Positions 1 to 9,814 of a DNA stretch of 64,000 nucleotides are shown here, in pieces. The stretch comes from an uncultured Actinomycetota bacterium. GTDB taxonomy: Bacteria > Actinomycetota > Acidimicrobiia > Spongiisociales > UBA5794. Below the pieces are notes generated by a model. That model made no database searches. It saw only the letters and a list, made by a program, of their open reading frames with translations, and had not been told where the DNA came from. A program made the translations under genes and the position numbers. The stretch covers positions 256,549 to 320,548 of the forward strand of contig CAWAUO010000001.1 of the NCBI GenBank assembly GCA_963785245.1, written 5' to 3'. Numbering within the stretch: the stretch's first letter is position 1; every line of letters begins with the position of its first letter.

Positions 1-959
1 TTGACGCTGGTGTGTCCGAGTCGGGAGGCGATGACGGCGGGGTGGGCGCCTTGGGCGATGAGGAGGGCGACGTGGCTGTGGCGGAGGTCGTGGAACCGCA
101 TCGGTTGGCCGACCGAGTCTGCGACGGCGGGGAGCCAGAAGCGGCTGCGGAACGTGTTGCGGCGGATGGGTCCGCCTTCGGGTGCGGTGAAGATCAGGCC
201 GTCGGGTCCGGGCGGGTGGTCGGTGAGGTGCCGGTCGATGGCCTCGGGCAGCCATTCTGGTAGCGACACGGCTCGTCGGGCGGCGGCGGTCTTGGGTTGC
301 CCGAAGCGGAGGTGGCCGCGGACTTCGGCGAGGGACCGTTCGATGCGGATGATCCGCTTGTCGGGCTGATAGCGGTCGGTGTCGAGGGCGATGAGTTCCC
401 CGATGCGACAGCCCGTGTACGCCGCGGTGATCACGAGGGCCCGGTATCGGGGATCGATGGTGTCGGCGAGGTGGGTGATCTCGTCAGGGGTGAGGAACCG
501 CTTCTCGGTGTCCTCGATCTTGGGCAGCGTGACGTCGCGGCAGGGGGTGCGGGCGATGAGTCCACCGTTGACGGCGTCGTTGAGGATCCGTCCGAGGAGT
601 TGGTAGGCCTTGCGGATGGTGGCCGGGGCGTAGCCGTCGGCGTCAAGGTCCGAAACCCATTCCTGGACGTCGAAGACACTGATGGCGCCGATCGGCATGT
701 CGGCGAAGACGGGCAGGACGAGGCTACGCAGATACGACTCGTCACGGGCCTTGGTCGAGTCGCGGCGGTTCACCCACCCCGCGGTCGCCTGCTCGGTGAA
801 CTCACCGAGTCGGATCCGTCCGGCCCTCGGGTCGATGTAGGTGCCGGCGAGTTTGCGGGCCTCGATGGTGGTGAGGAACCGTTCGGCGTCGATACGGCGA
901 CCGAAGTTCTTCGAGTGCTGGCTGCCGGTCGGGTCGCGCCACCGGGCCTGCCACGACAT
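1..959 (-). CDS. tyrosine-type site-specific integrase (phage/ICE integrase family); C-terminal end runs off the left window edge
   Basis: Minus-strand translation from ATG (reverse complement of cat at 957-959) gives MSWQARWRDPTGSQHSKNFGRR...RFHDLRHSHVALLIAQGAHPAVIASRLGHTSVK with the integrase R..HxxR..Y catalytic-box pattern. The six-frame track misses it because the ORF is open at the window edge. The plus-strand ORF 297..1178 is its antisense shadow. Confidence 0.85.
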   Translation of the reverse strand, partial: MSWQARWRDPTGSQHSKNFGRRIDAERFLTTIEARKLAGTYIDPRAGRIRLGEFTEQATAGWVNRRDSTKARDESYLRSLVLPVFADMPIGAISVFDVQEWVSDLDADGYAPATIRKAYQLLGRILNDAVNGGLIARTPCRDVTLPKIEDTEKRFLTPDEITHLADTIDPRYRALVITAAYTGCRIGELIALDTDRYQPDKRIIRIERSLAEVRGHLRFGQPKTAAARRAVSLPEWLPEAIDRHLTDHPPGPDGLIFTAPEGGPIRRNTFRSRFWLPAVADSVGQPMRFHDLRHSHVALLIAQGAHPAVIASRLGHTSV

Positions 960-1067
960 GCGGCCGGTGCGGTGGACGACTCTACGGATCGATGCCACGG
1001 ACAGCTCCCTCGATGCGATTCGGGATCGGTCTCGGTGATGACGATGCCGGATGACCCTGTCGCGAAA

Positions 1068-1217
1068 GTGTCAGCAACCCTCCAACTCGACGGTCATCCA
1101 CCAGAAACTCGACGTCGGCGGATTCGTGATCCGACGGTCCGGAAACGTCGTCCACGACAGGGATTGGAGGGTTCTTGACACTCTGGTGAGAGGGCTGCTG
1201 ACACTCTGGTGAGAGGG
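1068..1217. promoter_or_regulatory. inverted plus direct repeat cluster upstream of the integrase start (candidate int/xis operator or promoter region)
   Basis: GTGTCAGCAACCCTCCAA (1068-1085) is the near reverse complement of TTGGAGGGTTCTTGACAC (1164-1182). TGACACTCTGGTGAGAGGG occurs twice in tandem (1176-1194 and 1199-1217), 4 bp apart. All lie within 260 bp upstream of the int ATG at 959. Confidence 0.4.
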
Positions 1218-2149
1218 TTGGCGTGTCTATTTCACGGTCATGGAGTACGAAACGCTCGTTGGCCTCAGTGGAGATTCCGTCGTCAGGAGTCGTCGACGTG
1301 ACCCTGTTGGCCGTTCGAGGCCCGAGCACAACGTTCAGGCCCTGTCTGGATCGGCCAGGTTGCAGGCCCAGGACCAATCTCCGCATCCAACTTGCACCAC
1401 GATGCCACGGCAATCCCACGATCGAGAACCCCCGGAACAGAATCGGAGCACCGCGAATGCCATCCACGACAGCAACGATCCGAAGAATGGCCATGACACC
1501 GGCCGCCTCGTCGCGAACGCGCGCAGAGACCCCCAAATCACACACGCACGTGCAACAAGTTGCGGCCGGTCAACTGGTTAACCGATTGAGGTGATGCTGA
1601 TGGCGTTGGACCGAGGAACCCTGTCGAGGATCGACCGGAGGGTGTTCGCCGAGTTGGCTCACACTGGTGGATCCCAGGCGGTGAAAGTCCCGGTCTCTGA
1701 TGCGGTGTGGTCTGCGTGGCGGCGGTACTGCGAGGCGATTGGGCGTTCTCGATGGGTGCGGGCGTGGCGGGGCTCATCGCCCACGAGCTCGAGACCGTCG
1801 TCGGCGACGGGGACGACGCGGGTGACCTCCTCGCCGAGCAGGTTGCACGTCAGGTTCGACTCGCTCGCAATCGGAATAGGAGTCGCCGACGAGATCCGAG
1901 ACAGACACCTGTTCGGTTCCGGGCCCGTCGGTGAACGACGTCGTGATAACGGCAGTTCCACCAGTTGTATCGATGTCGAAGTAGTTCACCTTGCTCTCGA
2001 CGAACGGCGACAAGGCGAGGCGCATTGTCTGAAGGGTCGTTCCTGACGGGAATGTGAACTCGAAGAGGGACCCGGTCGGGGTAGACGGACCGATCGCGAA
2101 TCGTGATGGGGCTCGGTCCGCGGCTGTAGCAAACGGCATCGGGAGATGC

Positions 2150-2401
2150 CGTCCCCTCCACGCAAGCTACGTCAGGACGCTCCTGCACCGGCTCGGCGAC
2201 AAAACCGGGATCGACAAACGGGTCCATCCCCACGCCCTGCGTCACTCGATGGCGTTCGATCTGATGTGGGAGGGCGTGCCGGTGCCGCTGATACAGACGC
2301 AGCTTGGGCATGCCTCGTTGGCGACCACGCAGCGGTATCTGGATCATCTCGCACCGAAGGACCTGGTCGATGTGATGCAGCGGCGCACGTTCGCCGTGTA
2401 G
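2150..2401 (+). pseudogene. XerC/XerD-like tyrosine recombinase, C-terminal about 84 aa fragment only
   Basis: Translation ...RTLLHRLGDKTGIDKRVHPHALRHSMAFDLMWEGVPVPLIQTQLGHASLATTQRYLDHL contains the HxLRH and LGH...T..Y boxes of tyrosine recombinases. No N-terminal or box I region is upstream. Confidence 0.6.
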
Positions 2402-2591
2402 CTCAGAAATCTCCAGCGAAAACGGCTCCCTGCGGTTCGTTGTCTAGTTGCGCCAGCACCGGAATCTCTGGGATGTCGCTGGGAGACGTGGCTGCCGAGC
2501 GGCGCCGGCCGAGCGGGTTCGCCAGTCCAGGCCAGCTACCGTGCGTCGCGGCGACGGTGAACTTCGTAGGACAACGAGGGACGGAGGCTGT

Positions 2592-2981
2592 GTGAGCGAC
2601 ATCAATGACGCCGACCCCGCGGGCTTCGTCTTCAAGCCGCCGAAGCGATGGGTCTTGGAACGTACTCTCATCTACGACAACGGTGACTACCTCGTTCGTG
2701 GACCGGGAGGGACGAACCGTCTTAAGTCTGGGACGCACGTTTGGGAGACGTGGGACGGCTACCTCAAGGACGCCGACATCGATCCGAGACCGGCCACCCC
2801 ACCGCAGCAGGGTCCCTCCTGGGAGACTCTTGATCGGCTCTATATCGAGGCAGTGATGGAAACGCCCGCAAGCCGGTCGAAAGTACCGTCCTCGCCCGAG
2901 ATCGACGAGATGCGTGAGCAGATCAGGGCTGAGGTGCGTCAGATGAAGGCTGACGGGATCATGCCGGTGATCCCCGATTGA
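2592..2981 (+). CDS. hypothetical protein (GTG start inferred)
   Basis: ORF 2448..2981. A protein-like sequence begins at VSDINDADPAGFVFKPPKRW; no recognisable domain. Confidence 0.35.
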   Translation: MSDINDADPAGFVFKPPKRWVLERTLIYDNGDYLVRGPGGTNRLKSGTHVWETWDGYLKDADIDPRPATPPQQGPSWETLDRLYIEAVMETPASRSKVPSSPEIDEMREQIRAEVRQMKADGIMPVIPD

Positions 2982-2991
2982 GCTGCTTGCA

Positions 2992-3264
2992 ATGACGCTC
3001 AACGATCGGAATGCTGACGGCGTCGGACCGACGCTCGGCGGCAGCGTCCACTTCGAGGACCGGGACGACGGAGCCGTGCAGGTCACGGTCGTTGGTTCGA
3101 CCAGCCCGGAGCATGCCCTCGTTGTCGCTCAGGAAGCGGCCATGGGCCAGGCAATGGTCGGAGAGTGGAAGAAGGCGGTCGACGGTGCGGTCGCCTGCGT
3201 TGAGACTGGCAACAGCTACCGGTTCTTGTTCGTGCCGTGCTTGATTCTGGTCGACGGTGACTGA
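2992..3264 (+). CDS. hypothetical small protein (90 aa)
   Basis: ORF only; follows the previous ORF in the same orientation. Confidence 0.3.
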   Translation: MTLNDRNADGVGPTLGGSVHFEDRDDGAVQVTVVGSTSPEHALVVAQEAAMGQAMVGEWKKAVDGAVACVETGNSYRFLFVPCLILVDGD

Positions 3265-3501
3265 GAGACGACGGCTCCTTCGGTCAGCAAACCCAAGCAC
3301 CACTACGACGTGGGCGGTGGCCTATGAAACGCCTGCGGCGTTGCGACCCCAGGACGGGAGGGCCAGCATCGGATGATCCGTTCGTTCGTCAGGGGTTGGG
3401 CCGCTCAGTTGAGCCGTGGTCGTCCGGGGCGATGGTCGCCGGTGTTGAGGTGTGAGAGAGGCACCCCCGCCGGTATGCCCCTCTCGGGTCGGTTGCTGGT
3501 C

Positions 3502-3858
3502 TCAGATGTATCCGAGTTCGACGCCGATCGTCGTGTACAACGCCATGTTGGACATCAGTTTCTCACCGGTGACCATGACTTCGATACCGAAGTCGCTGAC
3601 CGTGAACACGGCCGTGTCGACGATCTTGCGAACGTCGTCCATTTCGAGGATCTCGTAGGCGATCTCGAAGCTCTCGGTCTTGATGATCATCATCCCGCCG
3701 CCGATGAGGTGATGGAAGACTTCCGGTTCGGCACACTTCCCGTCTGCGGCGAGCGTGCCGAAGACCGTGAGTGCGCCAGCAAAGACCTCCATCGCTTTGG
3801 CTTCACGGCCTGCGAGCGGTGTGTTGTAGCTGACTACGAGTGCGGCGTTCCACGTCAT
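3502..3858 (-). CDS. hypothetical protein (118 aa)
   Basis: Clean ORF with high GC3 codon bias and a non-repetitive sequence (MTWNAALVVSYNTPLAGREAKAMEVF...). The opposite-strand ORF 3373..3936 looks like an Arg-rich antisense artefact. Confidence 0.5.
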   Translation of the reverse strand: MTWNAALVVSYNTPLAGREAKAMEVFAGALTVFGTLAADGKCAEPEVFHHLIGGGMMIIKTESFEIAYEILEMDDVRKIVDTAVFTVSDFGIEVMVTGEKLMSNMALYTTIGVELGYI

Positions 3859-4207
3859 TGTGTCCCTCCTTTCTCCCGTGGAGACACTTCCCTACTAGTC
3901 CTACCAGGCCAGCACACAATGCGGAAGGGGTGGTGAGCGGTCCGCTAGTACTCGTCTAGCCCTCGTCTTCGGGCGCATGCATCTCCAGCGACCACCGCCC
4001 CCGACCGTTCGCCCGTCCACCACAACGTGGCGAAGGGCCACCTCCGGGTGGTCCTTTTGTCGTGGGGGACGGCACGGTGGCGAGGATGGGGCATCCGGCG
4101 ACTCGGCCATCGTTCACGCTCGCCGTCTCGTCGATCGTGAAATGCCTCTTGCAGGTGCCGGTGTCTGCGCCATGCTTGGGTGACGGTTCGCATCGAGGAG
4201 GTCGCTC

Positions 4208-4615
4208 ATGAACGCCGAGTCCAACGTCGAGTTCGTCAAGGACCTGTTCGCTGCGTTCGGTCGTGGCGACATCGGCTACGTCGTCGACGCCCACGCCGAC
4301 GATGTCGTGATGGAGTCGCCGGTGAGTCGCACGTCGACGCTGCCGTGGGCTGGGACAAGGACGGGTCGTCAGCAACTCGTCGAGTACTTCGAGACCATGG
4401 CGACGCATGTGCGTCCCGAAGCGTTCCGGGATGTCGTGTTCACCGCTTCGGGTGACCGGGTCGTTGTCGAGGGCAGCAACGCCGGGACCGTGGCGGCCAC
4501 GGGTGAACGCTACGACCACGACTGGGTGATGGTGTTCACGATCCGAGACGGGAACATCGTGCGACTTCGGCACTTCTACGACCCAGGAGATATCAAAGCT
4601 GCCCTGGGGGAGTGA
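4208..4615 (+). CDS. nuclear transport factor 2 / SnoaL-like (ketosteroid isomerase-like) family protein
   Basis: 135 aa. EFVKDLFAAFGRGDIGYVVDAHADDVVMESP...HDWVMVFTIRDGNIVRLRHFYD is the typical SnoaL_2/NTF2-like pattern. Confidence 0.7.
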   Translation: MNAESNVEFVKDLFAAFGRGDIGYVVDAHADDVVMESPVSRTSTLPWAGTRTGRQQLVEYFETMATHVRPEAFRDVVFTASGDRVVVEGSNAGTVAATGERYDHDWVMVFTIRDGNIVRLRHFYDPGDIKAALGE

Positions 4616-4804
4616 ACCGGGTTGTCCGATGGTGGCATCGATACGGATCGTCGAAAAAGTGGCTCATGTTTGCGTCGCTTTCGGCCGATGTGTAGAAGTA
4701 GGAGGGGTGTCTTCAATGCTGCCCCCAGGACGCTGGAGGGAACGATGAGGTCCGAAGACGACTGGCGTTGGTGATGGCGATGGCGATGCTTGCTGTGGCG
4801 GTAG

Positions 4805-5086
4805 GTGCGGTGTGCGGCGAGTGCGGATGTGGACAGGTATCAACTCACCGACTACGAGATGACCGTCACCGAAGTGAACGAAACACCGGCCTACGCCCAC
4901 CTGTTCCTCATCCACTATGACCCGGACGTCGATGACCGATACACGGGGTACCGGAACGTACAGCGGCGGCATCGAGAGTCTCTGAGCAGCTTCGAGATGG
5001 CTGGGAGCCGCCTGTCGTTCCAGTCCCTGACTACGACGCGCCGAAACTATACCTGGTATCCGGCGTTCATGCTCAACGAGGAATGA
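4805..5086 (+). CDS. hypothetical small protein (GTG start)
   Basis: ORF only. Confidence 0.25.
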   Translation: MRCAASADVDRYQLTDYEMTVTEVNETPAYAHLFLIHYDPDVDDRYTGYRNVQRRHRESLSSFEMAGSRLSFQSLTTTRRNYTWYPAFMLNEE

Positions 5087-5149
5087 ACCATGACGTCGTC
5101 GATGGCTAGGGCCGGGCAATGGTGCCTGCCGCCCGAAGGGGACATAGAC

Positions 5150-5269
5150 GATGACCGAGACCGCGCCGTACAAGAACCACGGTCAGTTTGTGAAGGATGC
5201 CGAAGACAAGAAGGCAGCCGCGCACTCGTCCATCGGCATGCCGATCCAGAGCAAGAAGAAGAACAAGTA
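5150..5269 (+). CDS. candidate small ORF (39 aa, Lys-rich C-terminus): MTETAPYKNHGQFVKDAEDKKAAAHSSIGMPIQSKKKNK
   Basis: Not in the supplied track (under 60 aa). ATG at 5150, TAG at 5267-5269, purine-rich stretch (gaagggga) 8 nt upstream. Confidence 0.2.
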
Positions 5270-5416
5270 GCCCTCACACTGGAAGCGACATCAGGCGGCC
5301 CGGAGGCGACTGTCCTCCGGGCCGCTTCGCGCGGTGGCCGCCTCCATTCATGCTTTGCCGACCCGAACCGAGGCCATCACGGGAAGATGAACCCTCCTCC
5401 ACACACAGCGATCCGG

Positions 5417-5962
5417 TCAGGTCGCAATCGACTCGGCTTCGACCCAGCGACGGATGTGTTCTGGGACAGGGAGCATGTCACGGTCAATGCCGAGTAGACG
5501 GAGCAGTTCCTTCGGGGGGACGGTGCCGTCCGGGCCTCGGACCATTGCCTTGTTCACCACAGTGGCGACCGTGTGGTCGTTGCGAACAAACCGGGTCTCC
5601 ATGTAGCCCCACTTGTCGTCCCAACCCAGGAGTCGAGTATGGAGATCGCAGGTGTGGAAGAGACGAAGTGGTCGACGGAACCGGAGTGCTGCGGCCCCCA
5701 TCGGCATCGTCCACCGATGCCTGCGAACGACCTCGAACAGGCCGGTACGGACGGAGAAGTCGAGTCTGCCAAGGTCCGAGAGGGTCAGGTATCGGCCGCC
5801 GTTGACGTGACCCCACAGGTCGAGGTCGTGGGGCCACACCGTCACCCGGATCACGGACACCTCGTCGGGAGTGAGCCGGGGTCTGCGTCGTGCTGCCAGC
5901 CACACCCGGATCAGTCGCAACCAGAGATTCACCCAAGCTCCCTTCACCTGGAACCACGGCAC
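5417..5962 (-). CDS. acyl-CoA thioesterase, hotdog-fold (4HBT-like) family
   Basis: VWPHDLDLWGHVNGGRYLTLSDLGRLDFSVRTGLFEVV matches the thioesterase-superfamily motif region. Confidence 0.7.
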   Translation of the reverse strand: MPWFQVKGAWVNLWLRLIRVWLAARRRPRLTPDEVSVIRVTVWPHDLDLWGHVNGGRYLTLSDLGRLDFSVRTGLFEVVRRHRWTMPMGAAALRFRRPLRLFHTCDLHTRLLGWDDKWGYMETRFVRNDHTVATVVNKAMVRGPDGTVPPKELLRLLGIDRDMLPVPEHIRRWVEAESIAT

Positions 5963-6132
5963 CGCACGGCGGCGTCGGATGGAAGAGGCGAAGGGCCTCC
6001 CTTTCGGTCAGGCGGTCGAGATGCCGGGGAGTGTGATGGAGCCACTCGTGGAACGTTGGTGACTAACTCACTTGGAACCGGCACGAACACGTCTCGACGA
6101 ATGATCCGGCACCGTGCACACTCGGCATTGAG

Positions 6133-6381
6133 ATGGAAGGCTCCTACCCGCAGCATCCAACTGGATACGTCTGCCAGGTCTGCGACGACATCGCTGTCGT
6201 CGACATGGACGATGGCGGGTATCTGTGTGCTGTGCACGCTATCGAAGTGATCATGAGGATCGACCTGCGCTCTACCGGTCCGCTTGTCACCGTTCAAGCG
6301 GCGCATGCCAGTGTGATGATGGGTGCGGGACGACCTGGGACGTGTCTGGAATGGTTCAGCCACCACGACAATCGGCTGTGA
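6133..6381 (+). CDS. small Cys-containing protein (CxxC...C..H; putative zinc-ribbon), paralog of 10280..10450
   Basis: MEGSYPQHPTGYVCQVCDDIAVVDMDDGGYLCAVHAIEVIMRIDLR shares about 60 percent identity with the minus-strand small ORF at 10280..10450. Confidence 0.4.
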   Translation: MEGSYPQHPTGYVCQVCDDIAVVDMDDGGYLCAVHAIEVIMRIDLRSTGPLVTVQAAHASVMMGAGRPGTCLEWFSHHDNRL

Positions 6382-6437
6382 GCGACCACCCACCGCAACT
6401 CCCAGGCCGAAACTGACCCACAGATACAGCAGGAGAG

Positions 6438-6452
6438 CCCGATATGGGCGGG
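6438..6452. promoter_or_regulatory. ATAT-core palindromic motif copy 1 (CCCGATATGGGCGGG)
   Basis: GCCCG / CGGGC arms around ATATGGG. See the other copies at 7968, 10837 and 11767. Confidence 0.3.
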
Positions 6453-6620
6453 CCTGTCAGGGCGGAAGGCGAACCGACTCGCCGAGTTGGCCGGGCTCCG
6501 GTCGCCTGACGCGCCGCGCCCGGCGGTGATCGTCACGCATCGCGAGGATGAGCGACATGTGTGTGCCGATTGTTGGGTATTGGCGGAGTGTGGCGTGCCG
6601 CCGCGTGTAGGATCGGTTTG

Positions 6621-7733
6621 ATGGCGGTGTCTCGGATCGATCCATCGGATCGGAGGTCAGTGAGGCGGTTCGTCGCGCTTGACCGAGAGCTGTGGGGTCA
6701 CGAGGCGCTTCACTGGTCGGAATCTGATGCTCACCTCGCCAAGCGATTCAGGGGCAGATCGGCTTTCAGTAGCGACATAGATCATGCGATGTTCGCGCTC
6801 GTCAACGATTCTGGGCACCATGTCGGGTGCGTGGTGGGCTACGTGAATCGAAGGTGGCAGCGCCAGCGCGGCGACAAGGCGGGGTTCGTCGGCAACCTGT
6901 CTTTCGCACCTGGAACGAGCACGGCAGAAGCAGCTGAGCTCTTCGGTGCCGTTGAGGGCTGGCTTCGAGAACAGCGGGCCACTCACTCCATCTGCGGCAT
7001 CGACGGCTCAGGAATCCTGGGCTACGGGGTGTTGGTCGCCGATCACGATGTCAGCCCAATGTTCCCGATCAAGTGGCATCCGCCTTCGTATGCGGGGCTC
7101 ATCGAAGCCGCCGGTTACCTTGTGGAGCGGCGGTTCTGGATCTACCGGGTGCGTTTCGACAACGAACGGTATCGAACGACGTCGGAGCGGGTCTTGGGGG
7201 AGGCGACCTGTCGGGTGCGTCCGGTTGACCGGAACAACTGGAAGGCCGAGATGGTGCTCCTCACTCGTCTCTTCAACGAGACATTCGCCGAGGAGTGGGA
7301 GATGAACGATCTCACGGAGGAGGAACTCCTTGAGTCGTCGGGGCAGATGAAGCCGATTGTCGATCCGCAGACCTGGTTGATCGCTGAGGTTGACGACGAA
7401 CCCGCTGGCCTCTGTTTGGGCATGCCGGACCTCGCGCCGCTCTTTCGCTCGTTCCGTGGACGGATGGGTCCGCTCCAGGTCGTCAGGTTGCTGCTCGGGG
7501 CCAAGAGTATCGATCGACACGGACTGGTGATCGTGGGAGTGCGAGAGCGGTTCCGTGGGCGCCACATTGGCCAGGCCATGGCGTGCAAGCTGTACGGCTA
7601 CTACGAGCAACGGGGTATCACATCGGCCCTCTACTACTCGGTCGACGACAGCAACCGGTCTTCACGACGTCTCGCGGAGTCGCTCGGGGCTGAGGGGCGA
7701 GTACAGCTCCACTGCTATCGCAAGCCCCTCTGA
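6621..7733 (+). CDS. GNAT-fold N-acyltransferase (long, about 370 aa)
   Basis: C-terminal GVRERFRGRHIGQAMACKLYGYYEQRGI is an acetyl-CoA-binding GNAT motif (R/Q-x-x-G-x-G/A). ATG at 6621 inside ORF 6561..7733. Confidence 0.6.
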   Translation: MAVSRIDPSDRRSVRRFVALDRELWGHEALHWSESDAHLAKRFRGRSAFSSDIDHAMFALVNDSGHHVGCVVGYVNRRWQRQRGDKAGFVGNLSFAPGTSTAEAAELFGAVEGWLREQRATHSICGIDGSGILGYGVLVADHDVSPMFPIKWHPPSYAGLIEAAGYLVERRFWIYRVRFDNERYRTTSERVLGEATCRVRPVDRNNWKAEMVLLTRLFNETFAEEWEMNDLTEEELLESSGQMKPIVDPQTWLIAEVDDEPAGLCLGMPDLAPLFRSFRGRMGPLQVVRLLLGAKSIDRHGLVIVGVRERFRGRHIGQAMACKLYGYYEQRGITSALYYSVDDSNRSSRRLAESLGAEGRVQLHCYRKPL

Positions 7734-7967
7734 CCTGCCCTTGCTCCACGGAAGGGGGCCGTCTCAGAACACTGTCGCGCTCGATGCCCATGCTCACCGA
7801 ACAGCACGTCAGCGTCCGATCAAGGGTTCGAGCGTGTCGGGTTGGGTGCCCATTCCTCAGGAGGACAACGCTCGACTGTTGAGCGCGCTAGACCAACTCA
7901 GTCCAGCCGCACACGTCCAGTTATGAGAGATGACATCGGTGGTGTGACAGAGACTGACCCCTTGAGC

Positions 7968-7990
7968 CGACAGCCGATATCGGCGTGTCG
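7968..7990. promoter_or_regulatory. ATAT-core palindromic motif copy 2 (CGACAGCCGATATCGGCGTGTCG)
   Basis: GCCGATATCGGC is a perfect 12-bp palindrome flanked by CGACA / TGTCG. It lies between the GNAT stop (7733) and the protease start (8064). Confidence 0.35.
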
Positions 7991-8063
7991 TACGGTCCTT
8001 CGCCTCTGTTCGTCTAGCTTTTGGCGGGTCAGTGTGCGGTCAGGAATGTGAAGGGAGTCTGCT

Positions 8064-9653
8064 GTGGAGCGCCGTTCCGCGTATTTGGTCGTGTTCGTTC
8101 TCGTGTTGGTGGTCGCTGCTTGCGGCGGCGGATCGGAGGAGACGACTACGACGGCGGGTGTGACGACGACGGCTGCGGCTGTGACGACCACGACAGACGC
8201 TACGACAACCACCGCCGAACCGTCAGGAGCGGTCGCCGGGTTGAAGGGTGTCCAGGGAGCGGTAGTTCGGATCGTCGCCGAAGGCAGTTTCGTCGATCCC
8301 GAATACGGAGAGGTCGACAACGCCGCTGGTTCGGGATCAGGCTTCATCGTCGATCCAAGTGGCATCGCCGTGACAAACAATCATGTAGTGACTGGTGCCG
8401 CCTTTCTACAGGTCTACGTCGATGGTGAAGATGAACCGAGGAACGCGAAGATCGTCGGAGTATCCGAGTGCTCCGATCTTGCTGTGATCGATATCGACGG
8501 TGCCGGATTCCCCTACCTCGAATGGTGGGACGGCGACATCGTCACCGGGACGGACATCTATGTGGCCGGATTCCCGCTCGGGGACCCGGAGTACACGTTG
8601 ACCGAGGGAATCATTTCGAAAGAGAAAGCCAACGGTGAGACATACTGGGCGTCGGTCGACTCTGTCCTCGAGCACACTGCACGCGCGATGGGTGGCAACT
8701 CCGGTGGTCCTTTGGTTACCGAAGATGGCAAGGTGGTCGGGATCCACTACTCGTCGTGGCAGGACCGTGACATCCGCTACGCAATCAGTCGCGACGAGGC
8801 GTCCAAGATTCTCGACGATCTGATTGCAGGCAACGATGTGACCTCAATCGGTGTCAACGGCGAGGCCTTCGCAGACGAGGATCTTTCCGGGATTTGGGTC
8901 TCTGCGGTCGAATCGGGTTCGCCGGCAGCAAACGTAGGAGCCGCAGGCGGAGACATCATTACCCGGATGGAGGGAATCCAACTTTCCACCGACGGCACCA
9001 TGTCTGACTACTGCGACATTCTCAGAAGCCATGACTCAGGCGACCCGCTCTCGATCGAGGTTCTGCGGTTCGACACCGAGGAGGTACTCGAGGGCACCCT
9101 CAACGGGGATGAAGAACTCGCACTTGCCTTTTCGTTCGCCGAGGAGCTCGCTGATGACGTCGACACGACCAGCACGGCATACGAATACATGGATGTCTCC
9201 GACGACGAAGGCGTCCTCTACATGATGGTCCCAACGACATGGACGGACATCGACGGGCGCGGATGGGAAGTCGATGGCACGATCATCGGAAACGCCCTCG
9301 CTGCGGCACCGAACCTCGACGGGTTCCTGAACAGTTGGAGCACACCGGGTGTGTTCTTCGGCGCATCCGAGATGCTCGTCGACGAGTCAGAGCCAGGCGA
9401 TCTCCTCGATTGGTACAACTTCAGCGACGCGTGCGACTACGACGGCAACTACGCCTACGAGGATGCCATCTACACCGGCGCATATGACCTCTGGCTCAAC
9501 TGCGGTGGTACCGACAACGCGTTCGTCGTTCTCGAGGCGTACCCGCCAGACGGGCAGTTCGTGGTAGTGATCCAGGTCCAGGTCGTCACCGACGCCGACC
9601 TCGACGCCTTCGACACGATCCTCACGACCTTCGACCTGACAACCAGGGGCTGA
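8064..9653 (+). CDS. secreted lipoprotein, trypsin-like (S1C/HtrA-type) serine protease with PDZ domain and long acidic C-terminal extension
   Basis: Signal peptide plus lipobox LVVAAC, Thr-rich linker, GSGFIVDPSGIAVTNNHVV and GNSGGPLV (catalytic His and Ser regions), and a PDZ-like segment IWVSAVESGSPAANVGAAGGDIITRMEG. Confidence 0.85.
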   Translation: MERRSAYLVVFVLVLVVAACGGGSEETTTTAGVTTTAAAVTTTTDATTTTAEPSGAVAGLKGVQGAVVRIVAEGSFVDPEYGEVDNAAGSGSGFIVDPSGIAVTNNHVVTGAAFLQVYVDGEDEPRNAKIVGVSECSDLAVIDIDGAGFPYLEWWDGDIVTGTDIYVAGFPLGDPEYTLTEGIISKEKANGETYWASVDSVLEHTARAMGGNSGGPLVTEDGKVVGIHYSSWQDRDIRYAISRDEASKILDDLIAGNDVTSIGVNGEAFADEDLSGIWVSAVESGSPAANVGAAGGDIITRMEGIQLSTDGTMSDYCDILRSHDSGDPLSIEVLRFDTEEVLEGTLNGDEELALAFSFAEELADDVDTTSTAYEYMDVSDDEGVLYMMVPTTWTDIDGRGWEVDGTIIGNALAAAPNLDGFLNSWSTPGVFFGASEMLVDESEPGDLLDWYNFSDACDYDGNYAYEDAIYTGAYDLWLNCGGTDNAFVVLEAYPPDGQFVVVIQVQVVTDADLDAFDTILTTFDLTTRG

Positions 9654-9707
9654 CCCGATTCCGCGCGAACCATTACTGTCAGATCGCCGATAGGTGTCGC
9701 AGGGTCA

Positions 9708-9790
9708 CGTTGTGGCCGGAGGGGTACACGGGTGAGGGGATGGATGAGACGAGGGGGTTCTTGGGGGTCGTTCCCGATTCGTTGGCGTGA
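9708..9790 (+). repeat. copy A (partial) of the repeated gene-3'-end module (...LWPEGYTGEGMDETRGFLGVVPDSLA*)
   Basis: Nucleotide similarity to 10690-10800, 12553-12660 and 14125-14235; stop at 9788-9790. Confidence 0.5.
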
Positions 9791-9814
9791 CCCTGTCGTC
9801 GGAGGCATGAAGCC

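Noticed and set aside
297-1178. 293-aa plus-strand ORF across the integrase locus
   Set aside because: Gly/Asp/Val-rich antisense shadow of the minus-strand integrase; the minus-strand translation shows the integrase motifs.
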